Part shown: positions 41,208 through 49,130 of the stretch, one piece after another
Layout: each line of letters starts with the position of its first letter
How positions within the stretch are numbered: position 1 is the stretch's first letter
Assembly (NCBI GenBank): GCA_043808095.1
Contig: JAZDFF010000001.1
Location: 1,628 to 65,627, forward strand
Source of the DNA: Candidatus Omnitrophota bacterium
GTDB lineage: Bacteria; Omnitrophota; Gorgyraeia; JAZDFF01
Direction of reading: 5' to 3'
Length of the DNA: 64,000 bases
The notes under the pieces: model-generated
Told to the model about the DNA's origin: nothing
Databases searched by the model: none
What the model saw: only the letters and a program-made list of their open reading frames with translations
Translations under genes and position numbers: made by a program

Positions 41208-42233
41208 ATGAACGCCTTCGGTATTCCTCAAATAATTATAGTGGTCTTACTGTTGTTACTTTCGGCATTACTCTCTGCCTCAGAGACCTCGCTTATCGGC
41301 CTGAGTAAAATGCGGCTGCGCCATCTGGTTTCTAAAGGCGCCAAAGGTGCATTAGGCGTCCAGCGGCTTATCTCAAAATTAGATAAGGTCATCGCTGCAA
41401 TATTAATCGGCAACAACCTGATTAATACCGCAATATCTGTTATTGTTACTACCGGATTTGTCCTGATCTTCGGGCCGAAACTGGCAATGATTATCTCGAT
41501 ATTTTTTTTAACCTTTATCATTTTAGTATTCTGTGAGATAACGCCGAAAATCCTGGCCATTAAATTTACCGAGAAGGTTGCGTTTATCGTATCCCCGATA
41601 ATGGAGGTGATCTTAAAGATATTTTCTCCACTGATTCCTCTTTTTACCGTTGTCAGCGATTCGATATTGAAGGTATTAAGGGTTGAGCCGGTAAAACGTT
41701 CGCCGCTTATTACCGAAGAAGAACTGCGCCTGATGATTGAGGTCGGCAGAGACGAAGGCGTCTTAAGCGACGATGAAAGAAAGATGCTTTACCGTATCTT
41801 TGAGTTTGGCAATATCAAGGTTTCTGATGTAATGGTACCAAAGGAAAAAATCGTTGCCATAGATATCAAATCCGACCCCGAGGCCTTATTAAATATCCTT
41901 ACCGAGGAAGGTTATTCCAGGATTCCCGTTTACAGAGATTCCGTAGACACTATTATAGGAATTATCTATGCCAAGGATTTATTGCATATCTGGAGAAACA
42001 ATAAACTTTTTACCGTTGATGACCTGGTCCATGCGCCTTTTTATGCCAGACCCGAAGCAAAGGTAAATGATTTATTAAGGGAGTTTCAGAAGAACAAGGT
42101 TCAGATTGCCATTGTGGTAGGTGGCGAAAACAAGACTAAGGGCCTGGTGACCTTGGAGGATTTGTTTGAGGAGATTGTGGGAGAAATAGAAGAGGACAAA
42201 AAACCGCTTAAGAATCTTAAGAAGAAGACATAA
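41208..42233 (+). CDS. CNNM/HlyC/CorC-family transporter (DUF21 + tandem CBS)
   Basis: Four N-terminal TM helices (DUF21) followed by two CBS domains. Confidence 0.8.
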   Translation: MNAFGIPQIIIVVLLLLLSALLSASETSLIGLSKMRLRHLVSKGAKGALGVQRLISKLDKVIAAILIGNNLINTAISVIVTTGFVLIFGPKLAMIISIFFLTFIILVFCEITPKILAIKFTEKVAFIVSPIMEVILKIFSPLIPLFTVVSDSILKVLRVEPVKRSPLITEEELRLMIEVGRDEGVLSDDERKMLYRIFEFGNIKVSDVMVPKEKIVAIDIKSDPEALLNILTEEGYSRIPVYRDSVDTIIGIIYAKDLLHIWRNNKLFTVDDLVHAPFYARPEAKVNDLLREFQKNKVQIAIVVGGENKTKGLVTLEDLFEEIVGEIEEDKKPLKNLKKKT

Positions 42234-42490
42234 CTGAATGTATTGGCACATTCGCTTCGCTTTAGTGTCAACACCGAGAATATAGGCAAAGCAGTTTTCA
42301 TCGATGAATACGAAGGTGTTGACAAAAATTTATTTATGTGATACATTTATGAAGTCTTTAGATTAAAATTTTTTGAGAAACATAAAAAGGAGGATCGCAA
42401 AAACGCAAAAGAAAAATTTTTGGCGCTTTGGCGGCGTGAGTGTCTTAATACTAATTTGGCGTTTTGGCGATTAAAAAGGAGGAGGAAACA

Positions 42491-42631
42491 ATGGAAGCTT
42501 ATTGCGTAAAATGTAAGTCAAAGAAAGAGATGAAGGATACCCAAAACGTTACTTTAAAGAACGGCCGCAAGGCAATTAAAGGCAAATGCCCTGATTGTTC
42601 AACTGGCATGTTTAGGATAACAGGTAAGTAG
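42491..42631 (+). CDS. Small zinc-ribbon protein (46 aa), absent from the ORF track
   Basis: Strong RBS AAAGGAGGAGG 7 nt upstream of the ATG. CxxC...CxxC pattern (CVKC...CPDC). Read directly from the sequence. Confidence 0.45.
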   Translation: MEAYCVKCKSKKEMKDTQNVTLKNGRKAIKGKCPDCSTGMFRITGK

Positions 42632-43007
42632 GCTTCATAACTAAAATAAAAAATAAATTATAGGGCGTCATAAAAATTCCGCCCTTGATTGCAGAGGTTA
42701 CAAAATCTGATTATGCGGATTTCCGCCTTTGGCGAAAAATATTCCGAAGAAACAATCTTTGTAATCATTAGGCTAAAACGATACTTCGACTTTGTCCTGC
42801 TTCGACAGGCTCAGTATTCGCCCTGAGCGAGCGAAATCCCTCGACTGCGCTCGGGATGGTTCGAGGGGTGGTGAGCCCTTCGATTACGCTCAGGGCAAAT
42901 GGTGAGCAAAGTCGAACCAGAGCAAGTCGAACCACGAGTCGAAAGGCTCAGTATTCGTCCTGAGTGAAATCGAAGGACGAATTTTATGACAGCCTAAATA
43001 AATTATT

Positions 43008-43364
43008 TTGAAGAGGCAGGAGAAAATAGACTCCAAAGAGAAATCAATATTAGCTACTAGATTTGCCAAGGACAAGAAGGCAGAAGAAATTACAGTCTTA
43101 GATATGCGTAAGACCTCTAACTTCTGCGATTTCTTTGTTATTATGTCCAGCGCCTCAACGCGGCAGTCAAAGGCAATAGCCGATGCCATCGAAAAAGGCC
43201 TCGGTTCTAAGAAGGTCAGATTGCTTCATTGCGAAGGCAAAAGCGAGGGCCTTTGGATTTTGCAGGATTACGGCGATGTAATCGTGCATATTTTTAATCA
43301 GGATATCAGGTCTTTTTATTGTCTTGAGCGGCTGTGGAGCGATGCCCAAAGACTGGATTTTTAA
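43008..43364 (+). CDS. rsfS: Ribosomal silencing factor RsfS (Iojap-like)
   Basis: DFFVIMSSASTRQSKAIADAI...WILQDYGDVIVHIF...RSFYCLERLW matches the RsfS consensus. Confidence 0.8.
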   Translation: MKRQEKIDSKEKSILATRFAKDKKAEEITVLDMRKTSNFCDFFVIMSSASTRQSKAIADAIEKGLGSKKVRLLHCEGKSEGLWILQDYGDVIVHIFNQDIRSFYCLERLWSDAQRLDF

Positions 43365-43504
43365 TAAGCACATCCCGATGTAACGTCGGGATAAGTGCGA
43401 ATTTAACCCCCGTCGCTTTGCTTCGCAAAGCGAAGCAGCGGGGGTAAGTTCGGACAAATAACTTATGTCGCTCTACAGGCTCCATAAGTTATGTCCTCAC
43501 TTAT

Positions 43505-45175
43505 GTGACAAAAGAAGTATTGGTAGAACAAAACCTAATAAAACTTGTAAATAAAGCCGTCCAAGATAATTTCCCTTCCGTAACTTTAGACGAACTGCCC
43601 ACCTATCTAGAAATACCCAAGGAATACAAATTCGGTGATTTCTCTTCAACCGTTGCCTTAAAGCTTAGTAAGATTTTAAAACAACCCCCTCTTGAAATCG
43701 CCAATATTCTTAAGAGCACCATTATCGCCACAATCGATTCCTCAAGGTTAAAAGATGTAATTTTTAAGACAGAGATACAACCTCCCGGTTTTATTAACTT
43801 CTTTATTAAGACGCAATATCTTTATGTGTTGTTAAATCAGATTATTCAAAAAGGAAAAGATTTTGCAAGGTCGGATTTGGGTAAAGGCGCTAATGTTTTA
43901 ATCGAGTTTATTAGCGCTAACCCTACTGGGCCGCTATCACTTGCCCATGGCCGTCAGGCAGCAGTGGGCGATGCCCTGGCCAATATTTTAGATTTTGCCG
44001 GCTTTAATGTAAGCAGGGAATATTATGTTAATGACGAAGGCCGCCAGATTGATTTATTGGGGGCCTCAATTGAGGCCCGTCTTAAGGAACTATTGGGCAA
44101 GACAAGTGCATTTCCCGAAGAAGGATATCACGGTAAATATATTTATGATATTTCCCGTGTAATTATTGATAAAAAAATTGATACGAAGGATAAAGGCATT
44201 GAATTTTTCTCAAAATTCGGCGTAGATTACATCCTGGAAATAATCAAGAATGACTTAGAGGATTTTGGGGTAAAGTTTGATTTCTGGTCCAGCCAAAAGG
44301 CATTAAGAGAAGATGGCAATATTGACGAGGCCTTGGATTTTTTGGCCAAGAAAAAATTGACCTATAAAGAAGATGATGCCCTCTGGTTTAAGTCCACTGC
44401 CTTTGGCGATGACAAGGATAGGGTGGTTATAAAAAAAGACAAGACGTTTACGTACCTGGCGCCTGACATCGCCTATCATCGGGATAAATTCAGACGCGGC
44501 TTTAACTGGCTGATTAATCTCTGGGGTCCGGATCATCACGGCTACATCCAGAGATTAAAGGCGGCGATAAAGGCCTTGGGCCATGATAAGGAAAGTCTTT
44601 CTGTTATTATTGTACAGCTAGTGACCTTATTAAGAGGCAAAGAGGCTGTCTCGATGTCTAAACGAAGCGGTGAATTTGTGAGTCTGCGAGATGTGATGAC
44701 TGATGTAGGAAAAGACGTAACCAGATTTTTCTTTTTAACACGCAGGACCGACAGCCACCTGGATTTCGACCTTGAACTGGCCAAGAAGCAATCGCAGGAA
44801 AACCCCGTATTTTATATCCAGTATGCCTATGCCAGAATCTGGGGGATTTTAGAGGGCGCCAAGGAAAAAGGCATCTCTCTTGGGGGTAAGACCAAGGCAG
44901 GGATTTTAGATAAAGAAGAAGAGATTATTATTATGCGGCTCTTAAATCGGTTTCCTCATATAATTTTAGCCAGTTATAAACTGCTTGATCCATATCCCCT
45001 GACAAGTTATCTCTTGGAACTAGTGGGCGCATTCCATAGATTCTATGACCGCCATAAGGTCCTAAGCGAAGATACTGACCTTACCAGTGCCAGGCTCATG
45101 CTTATCGAGGCAGTAAAGATAGTCCTTGAGAACGGCCTTACATTATTAGGTGTTTCCCGTCCCAAGAGGATGTAA
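43505..45175 (+). CDS. argS: Arginine--tRNA ligase
   Basis: Class I motifs SANPTGPLSLAHGRQA and MSKRSG; DALR-type C-terminal domain. Confidence 0.95.
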   Translation: MTKEVLVEQNLIKLVNKAVQDNFPSVTLDELPTYLEIPKEYKFGDFSSTVALKLSKILKQPPLEIANILKSTIIATIDSSRLKDVIFKTEIQPPGFINFFIKTQYLYVLLNQIIQKGKDFARSDLGKGANVLIEFISANPTGPLSLAHGRQAAVGDALANILDFAGFNVSREYYVNDEGRQIDLLGASIEARLKELLGKTSAFPEEGYHGKYIYDISRVIIDKKIDTKDKGIEFFSKFGVDYILEIIKNDLEDFGVKFDFWSSQKALREDGNIDEALDFLAKKKLTYKEDDALWFKSTAFGDDKDRVVIKKDKTFTYLAPDIAYHRDKFRRGFNWLINLWGPDHHGYIQRLKAAIKALGHDKESLSVIIVQLVTLLRGKEAVSMSKRSGEFVSLRDVMTDVGKDVTRFFFLTRRTDSHLDFDLELAKKQSQENPVFYIQYAYARIWGILEGAKEKGISLGGKTKAGILDKEEEIIIMRLLNRFPHIILASYKLLDPYPLTSYLLELVGAFHRFYDRHKVLSEDTDLTSARLMLIEAVKIVLENGLTLLGVSRPKRM

Positions 45176-45255
45176 TATATGAATCACGAATAAACACAAA
45201 TTTCACACTAATTAACACGAATATTAAAATTTACAAATTCGTGTCTATTCGTGTG

Positions 45256-45329
45256 TCCCGAATGAAGCAATTGATTGTGTTTAGCTTCGGGATCCCGAAG
45301 TGATTCTTAAGAAGTCACTACATTCGGGA
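45256..45329. repeat. MITE-like palindromic element (copy), upstream of recJ
   Basis: TCCCGAATG...CTTCGGGATCCCGAAG...CATTCGGGA. Confidence 0.6.
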
Positions 45330-45345
45330 TAATTCGTGAGAATTA

Positions 45346-47046
45346 GTGTACAATAAAATGTATAAAAACTGGCAGGTTGCTCGGGTTGATGCCCATAAAC
45401 AAACCGAATTAAGCAAAGAATTAGGCATATCCAGGATTCTGGCCTCTCTTTTAATTAATCGGGGCCTTATTTCTAAAACTACGGCCTCAAGTTTTTTGAA
45501 CCCGCATCTGGCGGATTTGGTCGACCCTTTTAAATTGAAGGATATGGCCAATGCCGTCAAAAGAATAAAAAAAGCCCAGAAAAATAAAGAGAAGGTCTTG
45601 GTTATCGCCGATTATGATGTGGACGGACTGACCAGTTGTGCGGTATTAAAATCCGCCCTAAAGAGATTGAACCTTGAGGTTTTTACTTATTTGCCCCACA
45701 GAATTTCCGAGGGCTATGGAATAAGTAAGAAGGCCCTCGAGTACTGCCTAAAGATAAAGGCGAGCCTAGTATTTACTGTTGACTGCGGCATTACTGGCCA
45801 CAAAGAGATTGGATTTTTAAATAAACACAATATTGACACCATTATTATCGACCATCATCAGCCCAAGGGCAGGTATTTACCCGAGGCCTATGCCATCATT
45901 GACCCGAAACGTCCTGATTGCGCTTATCCTTACAAAGAGCTTGCCGGAGTGGGCCTTGTCTATAAAGTGGTTTGGGCATTTTTAGGACATCATGCAAAAG
46001 ATTTCTTCGATCTGGTTGCATTAGGCACTGTGGCTGATATTGTGCCTTTAGACGGAGAAAACCGCATCTTCGTAAAAGAGGGGCTAAGGCATATTAATTT
46101 TCCAAAGCGTCCGGGGATAAAGGCGCTTCTTGAGGTCTGCGGCCTAAAGGGCAAAATCATCCGAACGGAGTATATAAATTTTATCCTAGGGCCAAGGATT
46201 AATGCCTCGGGCAGGATGCGTACTGCCGAGGATTCTTTAGAATTGCTTTTAACCGAATCTGAAGAAGAGGCCTTCTGCCTAGCTAAGAACTTAGAAAGTG
46301 ATAACCGCACGCGCCAGACGGTTGAAAGCCGGGTGCTTCAGGAAGCCCTAACCAAGATTGATAAAGAAATCAATTTTAAAGACCACTATGTGATAGTACT
46401 TAGTTCCGAGGGTTGGCATCAGGGCGTCCTGGGGATTGTGGCCTCAAAGGTTGTGGACAGGTTTTATCGGCCGGCAATAATCATTTCTTTGGAAGATAAT
46501 ATGGGTAAGGGTTCTGCCCGTTCTATCCATTCTTTTCACCTATTTGAAGCGCTCCATAAGTGTTCAAAATATCTGGAGGGTTTTGGCGGGCATAAATATG
46601 CCGCAGGCCTTACCATAACGCGGGATAATATCGATACATTTAAGAACGAAATGAACCGTATTGCCAAAGACCTCTTAAGACCCGAAGACCTTATGCCGGC
46701 AATAGATATTGATGCAGAAATTCGCTTAAGCGACTTGAATAAGGATTTAATTCTGGAACTGGAGAAATTAGAGCCTTTTGGAAAAGGCAATCCTGAACCA
46801 ATATTTTCTGTAATAAACCTTTATCTTAGAGGAAGACCGCTTATACTGGGCAGGGAAACGCTAAAATTCTGGGTCAGTGACGGACAGTTATTTTATCCGG
46901 CAATAGGTTTCGGGATGGCAGGATGCCTAGATTTGATTTGCCAGGCACAAAGCCTTGATCTCTGCTTTAGCCTACGGCTTGATTCTTGGGAAGGGGAGGA
47001 ATCTCTTATTTTAGAGGTAAAGGATATCCGGTTCAACAACGCCTAA
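45346..47046 (+). CDS. recJ: Single-stranded-DNA-specific exonuclease RecJ
   Basis: DHH motifs (IADYDVDGLTS, DHH), DHHA1 domain and a C-terminal OB-like region. Confidence 0.9.
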   Translation: MYNKMYKNWQVARVDAHKQTELSKELGISRILASLLINRGLISKTTASSFLNPHLADLVDPFKLKDMANAVKRIKKAQKNKEKVLVIADYDVDGLTSCAVLKSALKRLNLEVFTYLPHRISEGYGISKKALEYCLKIKASLVFTVDCGITGHKEIGFLNKHNIDTIIIDHHQPKGRYLPEAYAIIDPKRPDCAYPYKELAGVGLVYKVVWAFLGHHAKDFFDLVALGTVADIVPLDGENRIFVKEGLRHINFPKRPGIKALLEVCGLKGKIIRTEYINFILGPRINASGRMRTAEDSLELLLTESEEEAFCLAKNLESDNRTRQTVESRVLQEALTKIDKEINFKDHYVIVLSSEGWHQGVLGIVASKVVDRFYRPAIIISLEDNMGKGSARSIHSFHLFEALHKCSKYLEGFGGHKYAAGLTITRDNIDTFKNEMNRIAKDLLRPEDLMPAIDIDAEIRLSDLNKDLILELEKLEPFGKGNPEPIFSVINLYLRGRPLILGRETLKFWVSDGQLFYPAIGFGMAGCLDLICQAQSLDLCFSLRLDSWEGEESLILEVKDIRFNNA

Positions 47047-47052
47047 TTCCTA

Positions 47053-47280
47053 TCACGCTTTTGTAATTTTACCTGCCTTAATACACTTAGAACAGACCAG
47101 TACCCTCTTAATGGTTTTACCGAGGCGAATTCTTATCTTCTGTAGGTTAGGCAAAAATTTCCTTTTAGAGACGCCGGTGATTTTTCTTCCTGCGCCGCCT
47201 TTACGCTTGGCCATACCGCGGCGGATGATACTTCTTCCGGCCATGACATGTTTACCGCAAACAAAACATTCCCGTGCCAT
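47053..47280 (-). CDS. rpmB: 50S ribosomal protein L28
   Basis: MARECFVCGKHVMAGRSI...RKFLPNLQKIRI matches the L28 consensus. Start trimmed to the internal Met. Confidence 0.9.
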   Translation of the reverse strand: MARECFVCGKHVMAGRSIIRRGMAKRKGGAGRKITGVSKRKFLPNLQKIRIRLGKTIKRVLVCSKCIKAGKITKA

Positions 47281-47622
47281 ATTGACTCCTTTAATGAATA
47301 ATATCACAGATGATTACAGATCTACCTTTAAATTTCAGATTTTCGCAGATGGGTACAGATAAGTTAATCAGTGTCCATCTTGTAGTTTTTCCCGCTAAGC
47401 GGGATCCCGCTGGAATCTTTTATTTTGGTACGGGATAATCTGTGCTAATCTGTGGATAAATATAACTAAGTTCGGATTTTATTTGAGTATACTTGAAAAC
47501 AGATTTTTGTCAAGGTAAAATGAGTGAGGGCATAAGTTATGTCGCCAAAGTCAATAAACAGTTCCATAACTTATGTGCTTTATTGGAAAAGGGCGGTATA
47601 ATCGAATTATAGGAGAGCTCAA

Positions 47623-48423
47623 ATGAAAAAGATATTATTACTTGGTTTATCAGTGTTATTTATTTGTCAAATTTGTTTTGCCCAAGAAGCAGCACCTCAA
47701 ACCAGCCCCAAATATAAAGAACAACCACTTACTCTTATCATCAAATCAGACAAAAAAGTGTATGAAGTTGGGGAGGATATAAAAGTTAATTTTAAGTTTA
47801 TAAATCAATCGGAAGATACCATAAAGATAAAAGTTGGTAGGCAAGATTTGTATAATTTCTTTGATTTTTTTATATCACGAAATTGGGGTAAGCCAAGAAT
47901 AATCGGGGGAGCGAATGTTGAAGATATAAAGGAGGAAAAAATTGCCCCCGGCGAATCTTATAGTTTTGATGGATTAATTAATGAACTAGATATGAGGGCG
48001 ATGAGGCCAATATTTTATGAACCTGGTAGAGATAATACAGGTAGATATAAGATAACCATTACATATCGTGGTGATATAACCATCACTTCTAACACCATCA
48101 CCATAGAGGTCAAAGAGAGGCAGTTTAAAAATTTGTTTGAAAAGCAGTTTTATCAGATAAAGAACGGAATGAGCAGAGAGCAGGTTATTAGTCAGTTAGG
48201 TCAGCCATTTGAAAAACGGATTCATACATTGCCAGCAGGGCCATTCTGGGGTCCTCAAGAGGGTTTGGCTTCAATTTTAAAACCAGGGGCTAAATTTGAA
48301 GAGTGGGGATATCAAAAAGACGGTACTACCTACTTGATTTGGTTCGGTTCTCTTGAGGTAAAACCTGAAGCTGAATGGAAAGTTATAGGCAAGACCTTAT
48401 TTCCCACTGGAGCGGTATTTTAA
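47623..48423 (+). CDS. Secreted protein: N-terminal beta-sandwich-like domain plus C-terminal BamE/SmpA_OmlA-like domain
   Basis: Signal peptide MKKILLLGLSVLFICQICFAQEA. The C-terminus KNGMSREQVISQLGQP...W.Y resembles BamE. The N-domain is paralogous to the next gene (DKKVYEVGEDI vs DKKIYYVGDQI). Confidence 0.5.
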   Translation: MKKILLLGLSVLFICQICFAQEAAPQTSPKYKEQPLTLIIKSDKKVYEVGEDIKVNFKFINQSEDTIKIKVGRQDLYNFFDFFISRNWGKPRIIGGANVEDIKEEKIAPGESYSFDGLINELDMRAMRPIFYEPGRDNTGRYKITITYRGDITITSNTITIEVKERQFKNLFEKQFYQIKNGMSREQVISQLGQPFEKRIHTLPAGPFWGPQEGLASILKPGAKFEEWGYQKDGTTYLIWFGSLEVKPEAEWKVIGKTLFPTGAVF

Positions 48424-48455
48424 TTCACCTCTAATAGACAAAGGAGCAACCCAAG

Positions 48456-49130
48456 ATGAAAAAAACGCTAGTATTTTGTTTAGTATTATTCTTTACTTCT
48501 TTAGGCTGCCAGATTAAGGAAAATAATGCGCAGGTAAATTCCTTAAAAACCGAAACTTTATCCGAGGCCAATATCGGAGCCTGGTCAGAGACAGTCGATG
48601 GCCTGCGTAGTAGGATTGCAACTGATAAAAAAATTTACTATGTCGGAGACCAGATAATTTTTTCACTCACCTGGGAAAACCTTAATAACAAAGAGGTGTT
48701 AATAAATTTTAGGGAAGATAGGCTGCTTCAAGGGATGATGTCCTTTAAAAACCAAGGTGGCAGAGGGCTTTTATCCAGGCTAATAACGTTAGAATTTGCG
48801 CCCGTATATCAAAAAAAGATTCCTAGCCATGGTTTATACTCGTATGAGTTGGTAGGTAAATTTACCAGAAAGACTCCGGATGATGTAAACCGGTTATTTG
48901 TATTAGGTAGTATTCCAGAAGACATTGAGAACTTTTATGGAAACATTGTTTTGGAGTTTTCTACTAAGACATTGTCAGAAATACCTGTTTTAATCGGTAA
49001 ATCCGGCAAGTTTTTTGTATCGCTCAATTATGAGATGTCGCCTGACTCTTATTTTGCCAAGAAAGAATCCCTGGCCTGGACAGGAAGGATTGAATCCAGG
49101 GAAGTGATGTTTGAGGTAAGAGGCAAATAA
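48456..49130 (+). CDS. Lipoprotein (signal LGC) paralogous to the N-domain of the preceding gene
   Basis: Lipobox FTSLGC with a shared N-domain motif; 1-nt junction to the helicase gene. Confidence 0.45.
   Translation: MKKTLVFCLVLFFTSLGCQIKENNAQVNSLKTETLSEANIGAWSETVDGLRSRIATDKKIYYVGDQIIFSLTWENLNNKEVLINFREDRLLQGMMSFKNQGGRGLLSRLITLEFAPVYQKKIPSHGLYSYELVGKFTRKTPDDVNRLFVLGSIPEDIENFYGNIVLEFSTKTLSEIPVLIGKSGKFFVSLNYEMSPDSYFAKKESLAWTGRIESREVMFEVRGK

Noticed and set aside
47111-47362. 83-aa + strand ORF opposite rpmB
   Set aside because: Antisense to the clearly conserved L28 gene; no homology or RBS.
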